DNA of 20,758 nucleotides from Albugo candida (Eukaryota): NCBI GenBank assembly GCA_040437565.1, contig JBDOQK010000085.1, positions 62,001 to 82,758 of the forward strand, read 5' to 3'. Shown piece by piece: positions 1 to 9,870 of this stretch (position 1 is its first letter; each line of letters starts with the position of its first letter). The notes under the pieces were generated by a model. It saw only the letters and a program-made list of their open reading frames with translations, ran no database searches and was not told where the DNA came from. The position numbers and the translations under genes were made by a program.

Positions 1-702
1 GATCAACTTGTCTTTCTACAACGTCATCGCTTGTGTCACGTTGTTCCTTACCATCGCCTTCTCAAGTGGATCGTATCGGTTATGTCAAATGTTATACAAA
101 GGTATACGCAGTGTTACGGCGTGAGTTTTTGTTATTATATCGCGGAGATTGTGCGCCACGATTCTCAACGATTGCAAAGGAACCGCTTGTTCAGATTGCT
201 ATCACCACTGTCGCTCGATTGGATGAGATTGCAGGAACATATTTCTTTGTACGTGATCCGCATCAAGAAGAGATGNNNNNNNNNNNNNNNNNNNNNNNNN
301 NNNNNNNNNNNNNNNNNNNNNNNNNNNNNNNNNNNNNNNNNNNNNNNNNNNNNNNNNNNNNNNNNNNNNNNNNNNGAAGGCGATGGTGAGTCTGTGACGG
401 ATTCGAGTTCGGACACAACAGGCATGCGATCAACTTGTCTTTCTACAACGTCATCGCTTGTGTCACGTTGTTCCTTACCATCGCCTTCTCAAGTGGATCG
501 TATCGGTTATGTCAAATGTTATACAAAGGTATACGCAGTGTTACGGCGTGAGTTTTTGTTATTATATCGCGGAGATTGTGCGCCACGATTCTCAACGATT
601 GCAAAGGAACCGCTTGTTCAGATTGCTATCACCACTGTCGCTCGATTGGATGAGATTGCAGGAACATATTTCTTTGTACGTGATCCGCATCAAGAAGAGA
701 TG
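1..702. repeat. Gap-flanking exact duplication (1-275 = 428-702) around 100-N gap 276-375; probable assembly overlap
   Basis: Identical sequence from gatcaacttg to caagaagagatg on both sides of the gap. Confidence 0.9.
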
Positions 703-981
703 GAATTGCATCTGTATGATCGCGGTAACGTAGAGCTGGCGAATGATTGGGAAGATGGTTTAGAAGAAGCGGCAGCGATCACCAATCAACATTTGTCAAA
801 TTTCTCGATCGACATTGATGAATTACCACGAAGTAGTCTGTATCGCGGTACACTATACGATTTACGTCTCCAACGAATGTCATTCTGTCAGAATCTGCAA
901 GAGAAAGTCAAGTTGTACGCCAAAACCAAATCAGCCACGCTTCTATCGACACGTCGATCAATTACAAGGGATCTGACATAG
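376..981 (+). CDS. PH-domain-like protein, 5'-partial (start lies upstream of the window)
   Basis: Open frame after gap 1 to TAG at 979-981. A Ser/Thr-rich linker is followed by RIGYVKCYTKVYAVLRREFLLLY ... FFVRDP ... ELANDWEDGLEEAA, matching the PH pattern (beta1 G-Y, beta2 Y-x-V-L, C-terminal helix with Trp). Bases 1-275 duplicate 428-702. Confidence 0.6.
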   Translation, partial: EGDGESVTDSSSDTTGMRSTCLSTTSSLVSRCSLPSPSQVDRIGYVKCYTKVYAVLRREFLLLYRGDCAPRFSTIAKEPLVQIAITTVARLDEIAGTYFFVRDPHQEEMELHLYDRGNVELANDWEDGLEEAAAITNQHLSNFSIDIDELPRSSLYRGTLYDLRLQRMSFCQNLQEKVKLYAKTKSATLLSTRRSITRDLT

Positions 982-1517
982 TACCAAGTGCATGTGGCTC
1001 AAAAATGTATCATCTTATTTATTCGCTCACGACGGATCGAAACGCGTTCGCAAAGCCCGCATTGCATGTCAGAAAGGAAGACCGACGAACAAAGCCGAAA
1101 AGGATCAGAGCGATTATCTGACTTGTTGAGAATTGTACCGGTTCTTCTTCTATCAAATTGGTAATCAAAAGTAATAACAAATTCCAAATATACGATAACG
1201 ATTGGCTAAACTAGTGAGCAGGTTGACTCCCATAAAGTGTACTGTACCTATTCTTTCGTAACTATAGAAATGACGAATTATAGAGTAGGATGACTACCTT
1301 CTTCTAGGTCTTCTATTCAAGTCAGATTATACCTGATTCTACATCCTTAATCTCAACCTAGTTTCAACTTGTGTTTCGTGGTAAGAAATCGTAGAGGCAT
1401 TAAATTTGGTTTTGTATGATTGTATGGTTGCGAAACGGTGACTCTACGATGCCAAATAGTATATCTGATACTGATGGAGGCTTTGATAACGCATTGATTG
1501 GTTGCACCTCTGCCAAC

Positions 1518-4500
1518 ATGACTCTCACAAAGCCTCCGTTTCACTACCTGAAATCCAAACGTATTCATAAACTGTGGATAATATTGTTTTGTATTGTATT
1601 ACGACCGCTGGTCCATGCAATGGGTACGACCGTCCTCTATTGTCCCTCACAATATCCTAATTTTATGTACCCACACAGATCAAACCTCTGGATTTCGATG
1701 CATCAACGCACAATGTATATNNNNNNNNNNNNNNNNNNNNNNNNNNNNNNNNNNNNNNNNNNNNNNNNNNNNNNNNNNNNNNNNNNNNNNNNNNNNNNNN
1801 NNNNNNNNNNNNNNNNNNNNCCTCTGGATTTCGATGCATCAACGCACAATGTATATACTCCTCCGATTTCGTGCTCCAATACCCAGTCATTCCACTCGAT
1901 TCCTGTCTACAAACATGCCCACCTTCAAACCAATTTAATAGCTCCTTCACCATACAATCCTCGCAGCAGGGAACGTGTACAAATTGCGCATTTGTGGCTA
2001 CACCTTTGCTTGATTTCCCGCATTTTTTCCAATCAATGGCCGTCACGATCGCCTCTCTCACATCGGATCAGTGTACATTTACCGCCACTATCCAAATAGA
2101 TATACCGTCTCAATGGACCCTCTCCCCATCGTCAAAGTCGACATTGAAATGCTTGGTAGAAAACAACCTTGTCCCATGTTCCATAACAGCCAATGTTTCC
2201 ACACTACACATCAATAAACATGTACTCACCAAATTATTTCAGACCAAACACGTCCCATTTCAGCTTGGTCCTGTCTCAACCAGACGCAATCCTGGAAGCT
2301 TATTGGAGTATAATCGCTTCATCGTATCCTTTCAGAGTCGAGGTTGTCTCACCCTGGGCGACCGGCACCCATTAGCCTTCACCTACACACTTCATTCCGA
2401 CTCGTACGATCTCATTGGCCATTTTACTGACACCAAATTAATTGCACTGCAACCCGAAATTTTGCAACTGACTCTATTGCGACTCTCATTCAGAAATGGC
2501 GCTTTACTCGGTGCTAAGACGCATTTCGTGCTTCAAATCGCCGATTCCTTGCGAGAAATATTCACTGAAATGATGAGAAATGCATCATCGGCTATTCTTC
2601 GCCTTCCCAAAGGCCGAGACATCCATTTAGAAATGAAATTGGGCAACGGACATTTGAGTATGCGGATTCCAAATACATTTTCTGACTCCATTCCCAATGG
2701 CCAAACACTCCAACTTGATATCTATCCCGCGCGGAATCCGAATCGTATCAATAAACCGGTCGATTTCCTTTATTTGATGGCATTTGACGGTGAACGTCTG
2801 GCGGTAGACACGTCGCCCTTCCCGTTTTACACAGTTCAAAAAGGTACTTACATCGAATTTCGTGTCTCCTCTCCCAATTAAACGTCGTTCTTGTAGGGGA
2901 GCGGCAATACAAAAGATCCAAACTCGACATCGCATCCATTGGCGTCTTTGGAGGGTGTTTGTTGCTATCAATTGGCATTGTCAAATGGGTACGTAAAGCA
3001 TCGAATTGATAATTGCGATCTGACTAAATTCAATAGCACGGAATCACACTTTCCATGTCGACATTTTGGACCGATACAGTCGCCATTTCAGTGCTTGTAT
3101 CGTTTCTGGTCGCGTGTGGTGGTGCTATTCATTGGATCCTTCTTCCTTCATCGTCGTATATGTACTGGTACACGACACATTACGTGTTGAATTCCATTAT
3201 GATTCTCTCACTGTGCTTCCACTGGTACGTTCCTCTGTCGATACTCGTGTCTTTCATTGACAGTATGCACACAGGGTCATTGTCTTGTCATCCAAAGGCG
3301 TCAAGAAACTCACATTCAAATCACCGATTCTTCTGACATTTCTAATGCTTTGTGGGCTCGTTCTCGCGTTCGTTGTAATGACACTCGCACGAATGCGTGA
3401 GAACATCAATTGTGCATTTACCACCGCACTCACAGAATGCGATTCCAAGCAAGATTGTGGTGCTTCTGTGGCGGTACACGGACACATTATCCGTCAAGCT
3501 GTCCAAATGTGTGGTCTGAAGTCATTCTTTCACGCCCTCGCTGCTGGTTTCATCCTCCACACCATCCTTCTCTTGATTCTCGGATGCTTCATTATGAGTC
3601 GCGGACGTCAATTGATGCGAATGGAAGCGCCAATGAAGTCGCATGTGTGTCGATCACTGGCTGTCTTTTATACTGTCATTGCCACAACGTGCGTCGTGTA
3701 CTTGGGCTCTCAAATCGCTTACTTTATCGAAGCAATGCGTCCGGAATCCGCGGATCTGATCGGTATTTCCGACACGTTCTATTACGTTTTGATTGTATGG
3801 CTTCCGTACGGTCTTCCGCCTCTGTTGTTTCTATTCCTTCAATGGAATCCCAAACGCACGATCCCCGAAGAAGAATGGAGTCTTGCGAATGAAGCAAAGG
3901 ACAACGAATTGCAATTGACGCCACGATCCACCGATTCGTCTCCGAACAACGCGTACTGGAAGCCTGTGTTTGATACAGAGCCGTCTCCACAAAGTGTCCG
4001 TCTTTGTGTGCGTCTTCGAGTTCCATTCCATTTCGATCGTGCGTGTTTTCTCTCGCTCGATTACGACACAGAGCCTCGAGAATCTCAGACGCGAGCATTG
4101 TCACGAGCGAGCACCGTTGTGTGGAATTGTATCGGAACCACCGAACAAGCCGAAGAAGAGCATGGACGAGTAGAATTCTCAGCTGTGATGCATGTTCCCA
4201 TTCTGAATCGCGGCACTGTGTTTCGCTTCCAACTGTATGTGAGCACATTAGGCTGTCGTTCCTCTGATAAAACACTGCATTCATGGGAGTCGAACGAAAC
4301 CAGTGAGTTCCTCGAGCCATCGACCCAATTGCCGGCGTTCCTTGCGTGTTTAGAATTCCACACGACATCAGAGGCGATTATGGATGCAAAGGAGCCATTG
4401 CTTCTGACGCCATTTACAGAGTCGAAAAGTCGAAATCTTCCGTCCGAATTGGAATTTCTCATCGATCAAGCACGACCGAGTATCCAGCTGGGCGTCCAAA

Positions 4501-6140
4501 CACTTACCACGCTCTTTGAGCCAAAGGAATCGACACAACCAAGCGGAAACCTCACTCGATTCTTCCAATACATTCGCGATGACAAAAGCGTTGGTCTCGT
4601 GGTGGAAGACTTGAAAGAAAGCGTGTATTCCAACTTGATTCCACGTCAATTACTGGAGCTTTTGTGTGTGGAACGTCAGCGTTTATTGGATCGTACGCGT
4701 CAAGATTTCAACGCTTTTGTGTCAATGGATAAAAGACACAGTCATGGGACGCTTATCGGGCAGATCCAAGACAGTGACGACGCTGTTCTCATCCAGGAAT
4801 GGCTTCAACGACGTATCGATACTGTGAAAACTTATCTGGAAACACTTCAATGTCAACGGAAACTGCTGGCGGATCGCGATGCCAATAGCCAATTCTTCAA
4901 ATCGAGTGTCGAGAAAAAGCAGTTGGATCTCCGTTTCGTGCCTGTAAATCTCCACGTCCAAGATTTTGTGATCGGTCCAACGCCTCTATTCCCTGCGGCA
5001 GCGTATGCATTCACAACGGTCGGTGCATTTGCAGCACATTGTCTGAAATTCAGTAAAGGTGGCATCATGTCGCTACAGCTTCGTCTCAGTAAAATGGAGA
5101 CGCGATTTGGCGCGATGAATGGACCACGATGGACACAAGATGTTCGTGAATATCATGAGTTGTTGTGGGATCTGAGTGTGCGGATGGATATCTGTTTCTC
5201 GCAAGCGTTGACGGCATTAGTGGCGACTTTTGTAAAGACTGTGGAAACTGCCATTCAGAGTGAGAATATCGCGTTGGGTGAAGCGATTTTGGAACAATTG
5301 GGCGCATTGGGCTTCCTTTTCCATGTGGAATCTCTTTTATCGACTCACGGGAACGAAATTGGTATGTTGGAAGATATGGCCGGTGCAATGAATCGATTAG
5401 AGCGTGTGGTGTTCCAAGTGTATTCAGTCGGTAATGCGTCAGAAGGAGCGCGTGTCGCCAAAGTCCAAGTGTTGCATCGAAACAGCGATTCAGAGCAATA
5501 TGTCGTCCAAGTGGGCGTCATTTCGCATGCCGTACAACTTCCTGAGCGCTTGAATCAAGGCCAAACGATCGCTGTGACGCCCGTTTTGTTCACACAAGGG
5601 ATCAATGAGATGCAAACGATTGCCAATAACACGGAACGAGCCAAAACAGAGCTCCAAGATCTCATCAATATCAACAATCTCAAGCCTTTGAGAGCGTATT
5701 GTGCTCGCTACTGCCAATCGATTGCGATCCATTCTGAGAATCAATACCACCAAATCCAACAGGGATTTCGGGCGCTGGAAGCGTGCGTTGTGGAAGCAGC
5801 TGCCAGTTTGGTGAAAAGCAAACGACCAGAGATCCTCCAGCGTTCGGCTGATTTGTGTCGAGAAATGGGTGGAGGACGTGTGACTGTGTGTAAAAGCGCC
5901 AAAGACCGGACCGCAATGTCTGTAACGTTGGAACAAGTGAGAATTCTTCATCATCATCATGGACTTCCAACGTATCGAATGGCAGCGACAGTATCGGTAA
6001 TGCGAAGTCATGGCGTTCGTGTGGAAAATGCGTTCAAAAACACCGGAAAACGACAATTCGCATTCAACAAACTGCAGCGATCTTTGCTTCCCGAAGAGTA
6101 TCGTTGTCCGGATCAAGTGAGTGGCGCAAATGTCAGTTGA
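1518..6140 (+). CDS. 7TM receptor-inositol polyphosphate 4-phosphatase fusion (GPCR-INPP4 bigram) with signal peptide and large ectodomain; model join(1518..1623,1679..2843 minus 136-bp gap artefact,2897..2988,3037..3224,3275..6140), ~1426 aa
   Basis: Four GT-AG introns (1624-1678, 2844-2896, 2989-3036, 3225-3274; 48-55 nt) join ORF pieces in frame; the spliced total of 4281 nt is a multiple of 3. There are seven hydrophobic helices and INPP4 signature blocks FKSS..K..LRFVPVNLHVQ, TVGAFAAH, ESLLSTHGNEIGMLEDM and PVLFTQGINEMQT. The catalytic C(X)5R motif CKSAKDRT is at 5889-5912. In-frame upstream ATGs at 1416 and 1449 are alternative starts. Confidence 0.85.
1685..1856. repeat. Gap-flanking duplication (1685-1720 = 1821-1856) around 100-N gap 1721-1820
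   Basis: 36-bp exact repeat; collapsing it gives the continuous peptide DQTSGFRCINAQCIYSSDFVLQYP. Confidence 0.9.
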
Positions 6141-6141
6141 T

Positions 6142-7917
6142 TCACTTGATAGACGCTGTCTTCGCCTACATGTGACAATCAGATGGACGTTGATCACATT
6201 GGTATTCACCTACTTTTCTTCGATTGAGATCGGCCGATTGTCGAGCGCTGTACAGTTTGAGGACTTTCCGTGAAGGAACAGCTGATTGAACGTCTGAAAC
6301 AGATGAACGAGCTGTATCGATTGTGTGTGTATTGGTCTCATCGTCTGACGTTGCAGGCGCACGCACGCGAATATTATTTGGATGAAAATTGGGCTCTGAC
6401 CAATTGGGCCGCAACGTCGGAATGGAGCGATTGAGACGGATGCAATCCTCGTCGATATTCTCACGTTGTTTGTCGACAATGCGTAGCATTCCCATGAGTC
6501 GAAGTTGGATACGCTGAAACAAATCTCTGCTGTGATTAGAGGACGGCTCATTTTCATCGACAATCTCATCGAAAGGAGGAATTTGCGACCATTTTCCAAG
6601 CTCTCGTGTCAAAATATCGTCAAACACTGTCAATCGCTGTGCCAAACACTGTGAGCCTTGACGGATCGATGCGATGGTATCGAGCAAGCGCTCGTATTCG
6701 GATTTGGAGATTTTGCACGCTGCTTTCAATTCGGCGACTTGAGCCTTTACGGAGACCATTTCTTCACGCGTTGGACACGAGGGATCGCCACATGCCTTTA
6801 GTGTGTCGTAATGACACTGAATTTGATGTTTTTCCCGTCGAAGAAGAGCTGCTTTGGATTCCAATGTTTGAAGCTCTTCCTCCAACGATTCCATGGATCT
6901 GATTCGCATCTGATTCGGATCGAGTATGTGATTTTGAGACTTTGTCAGTGGCTTTGCAATGTGTGGATCGAATGTGATGCCGTCGATCGATGGCTCGTGC
7001 ACGGAAAACTCGACTTCCAACGCGTTTCGATCTTGGATGCGCTGAAGACGCCAAAGTTCCATTCGTTTTGCGTTTTTCGCTTGAATTTCACGCTCATTGA
7101 GCTCTTTCTGACGGTATTTACGCTCTATTTTGAGTTGGTGATGAAGTTCTTGTACGATTTGGACGGTTCGATTGCGTCCAGATTCTAAATGACGACTGAG
7201 ATCTTTGACTTGATTGCATTCTTGGGTGCTTTGATGCACTCTTTCTGTGATCGCTGTAAGCTGTGCGTCTGCAGAAACTTGCTCAGTAATGAGTCGACGC
7301 ACCATCTGTTGATACCGCCGATGTAAAACCACTTGCTCGTCTGTGATCGCTGTAGATTGAGCGATTTCTTGCTGCATTTTGGCATTTTGTTGCGCAATTG
7401 GCGTCTCTCGACGCTCAATTCGATTCAATTCATGGGTTTCTAATTGAATTGATTGTAATTCATCCAGTAAAGTACACAATTCACGCTCTTTAAGATCCGA
7501 AAGCATTTTCAGTTCGTTGTATTTACGTGCTTGCAATAGGACGTGATTGCGTAAGGAGATGAGATCATTTTGGGCAGATATGGTGGTATTGGACTCGGTC
7601 GACGCTTCGGGAGGCTTGCGTGCGGTTTGCACGGGTGATAATACTCTAATAGCGTTGTTATGGAAGCCGTCTTGTCGTCGTGATGGAAAGACAAGTGGGC
7701 TATTCACTTTCCGTACCGCTTCGACCAAGTCGCGTTTGTGAGTGATACGATACATTTTCGAAGGAGATTTCTGCGTGACAGACTCACTAAACTGATAGCT
7801 GCTCTTCCGTCCATTTTCAAGCAGTGGAAGTAGTCGAGACCGATTCGCTTCACTTGAGATCGCTGTAGCGGCTGTCTCTCCACACGTATCAACCGTAGAT
7901 AGATCTGTAAAATCCAT
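6142..7917 (-). CDS. Coiled-coil protein resembling outer dynein arm docking complex CCDC151/ODAD3 family; model complement(join(6142..6165,6214..7917)), ~575 aa
   Basis: Long heptad-rich E/K/Q/R/L helical ORF with first ATG at 7917. The C-terminal PNNIRV, acidic stretch and VPSRKVLKLYSARQ recall the CCDC151 tail as I remember it. Candidate 48-nt intron 6213-6166 (GTAGGT...CTGAT...TGTAG); if unspliced the CDS ends at 6166. Confidence 0.6.
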
Positions 7918-8034
7918 CAATGTCAATATCGGATCGAGGAATGGGCCGACAGCGTTTCATTCAAACTTTAAATAGCTCACTTTCGACGTGCGGGAAGACG
8001 CAGTGTAACAAAAATTGGAAAATTCAGTCCCCGC

Positions 8035-8066
8035 CATCAAAGACATCATACAATGCGTCTTTGATG
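8035..8066. promoter_or_regulatory. 10-bp perfect inverted repeat in a divergent promoter
   Basis: CATCAAAGAC (8035-8044), 12-nt spacer, GTCTTTGATG (8057-8066); lies between ATG 7917(-) and ATG 8173(+). Function unknown. Confidence 0.35.
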
Positions 8067-8172
8067 CGATAATAGCGTCTCTGCGAACGACTCCAATGGG
8101 CTGCGCATTATCCCATTTCCATGCAATACCGGTAGGCCTTCGGTTATACCGTCACAACCAGTGATTCACAAA

Positions 8173-9753
8173 ATGTCAGAGAAAGCACCAAACCGTTTAG
8201 GTGGCACTCGTCCGAACGTTGAGGAGCGATTTGGCGTCCTTACCGACACAGTTGAAGGCGACGAACGCACACATGCCACCGCTGAAGACCATGATGAACA
8301 CAATGTTACGATAATGGAAAGTTTGTGTATGCATTGCAAAGAAAATGGAAAGACATCGCTGTTGCTGACTTCTATCCCTTATTTCCGGGAAATCATTCTC
8401 ATGTCATTTGAATGCGAGCATTGTGGATTTCGAAACAGCGAAGTGCAATTTGGAGGCACGATACAAGAGAAAGGCTGTAAGATCGAATTTCATGTGGAAA
8501 ACGCGAGCGATTTGAATCGACAAATTATTAAAGCCGATACAGCGACTGTGTTGTTTCCTGAACTGGAGTTTGAAATCCCACCGAAAACACAACGTGGAAC
8601 TATCAATACGATTGAAGGACTGTTACAAAAAGCAATTGAGAATTTACAAATGAATCAGGAAGAACGAAGGGAAATTGACCCAGAAACAACAGCGAAATTG
8701 GATGAGTTTATTCAGAAATTAGCGTTATTGGCAACTGGAATTACACTTCCATTCAAGATCATAATCGATGATCCGGCGGGAAACTCGCACATTGAGAATC
8801 CACATGCTCCTCAATCAGATCCCAAGATGAAGTTGACTCAATATTACCGCTCTGAAGCTCAAGATCTACAATGTGGACTTCAACCTGACACCACTCATGA
8901 CGTACCAACTGAGACACCAAAGGTGTTACCACCACAGAACAAAGGCTTGGATAAATTTGTAGAGGAAGCCAACATCGCAAAGAAGGAAGTAATCCAATTT
9001 CCTGTAAATTGTCACTCGTGTCAGACAAAGGGGAACACTCGTATGTGTGTGACAGATATCCCTCATTTCAAAGAAGTCATCATAATGGCATTCAATTGTG
9101 AACACTGTGGATTTCGAAGCAATGAAGTGAAAGCTGGAGGCTCTATACCATCGTTTGGAGAGAGGATCACCCTTCGTGCTGACATCTCATTGGACCCAGA
9201 GGTCCTCAATCGAGATATCCTCAAGTCTGATTCCGCAAGTGTGGTGATTCCCGAATTGGAATTGGAGCTCGTACATGGATCACTTGGTGGGCTTTACACC
9301 ACTGTAGAAGGATTACTGGATCGCATCAGGCAGAATATTGAAGAAGGGAATCCTTTTGCAGTCGGCGACAGTGATGGTGGACGATCACAGCTGAAAACGT
9401 GGCTTGAGCGTCTACAGCAAATGAAGGAAGGACAGAAGCCGTTTACGCTGATTCTCGAAGATCCTCTTGCAAACAGCTTTCTATACTCCCCGCACGGAAC
9501 CGCTGAGAACGATCCATTGATGACCGCTGAAAAGTATCAGCGCACCGAAGCGGAAGATCAAGAACTTGGAATAAGCGACATGGTAACCGAAGGCTACTCC
9601 CAAGCGGTCGATGCCATCCAGCCGACTGAGAGTGTCGTGCGAAAGAGCGATAAAGAGACTATGGAACGTGGCGGAATGGCACTTGATTCCGCAAAGTATC
9701 ATCCGAATCCAAAAGCGGTACAGCAATGCGACTCCAAGTCGAATAACCGTTAA
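8173..9753 (+). CDS. ZPR1: Zinc finger protein ZPR1, ~526 aa
   Basis: Two ZPR1 modules: ESLCMHC...IPYFREIILMSFECEHCGFRNSE and CHSC...TDIPHFKEVIIMAFNCEHCGFRSNEVK, each followed by TIEGLL/TVEGLL and DDPAGNS/EDPLANS. First ATG at 8173. Confidence 0.97.
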   Translation: MSEKAPNRLGGTRPNVEERFGVLTDTVEGDERTHATAEDHDEHNVTIMESLCMHCKENGKTSLLLTSIPYFREIILMSFECEHCGFRNSEVQFGGTIQEKGCKIEFHVENASDLNRQIIKADTATVLFPELEFEIPPKTQRGTINTIEGLLQKAIENLQMNQEERREIDPETTAKLDEFIQKLALLATGITLPFKIIIDDPAGNSHIENPHAPQSDPKMKLTQYYRSEAQDLQCGLQPDTTHDVPTETPKVLPPQNKGLDKFVEEANIAKKEVIQFPVNCHSCQTKGNTRMCVTDIPHFKEVIIMAFNCEHCGFRSNEVKAGGSIPSFGERITLRADISLDPEVLNRDILKSDSASVVIPELELELVHGSLGGLYTTVEGLLDRIRQNIEEGNPFAVGDSDGGRSQLKTWLERLQQMKEGQKPFTLILEDPLANSFLYSPHGTAENDPLMTAEKYQRTEAEDQELGISDMVTEGYSQAVDAIQPTESVVRKSDKETMERGGMALDSAKYHPNPKAVQQCDSKSNNR

Positions 9754-9870
9754 GTGATTTCTAACTGATGGCATAATGATATTCTTTTTTACCAATCGTT
9801 TTTCGGTGATATTCAACCAATTAAATTGCTTAATATCTCGCATGCGATTTTCTAAGTCGATACTTTTGTA

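Noticed and set aside
1-702. Tandem gene duplication of the PH-like gene
   Set aside because: The copies are identical and abut a 100-N gap, the same pattern as the three other gaps, so an assembly overlap is more likely.
31-981. ORF-track 316-aa protein starting MCHVVP
   Set aside because: Chimera across the N gap; the pre-gap part is an off-frame reading of the duplicated segment.
1416-3336. ORFs 1416-2099, 1594-1938, 1871-2881 and 3055-3336 as separate genes
   Set aside because: They are explained as exons or gap-shifted pieces of the single 7TM-INPP4 gene.
3724-6209. Long antisense ORFs (3724-4368, 5490-6209) and similar ones at 9481-10086 and 12139-12717
   Set aside because: Shadows of well-supported opposite-strand genes, with no recognisable motifs.
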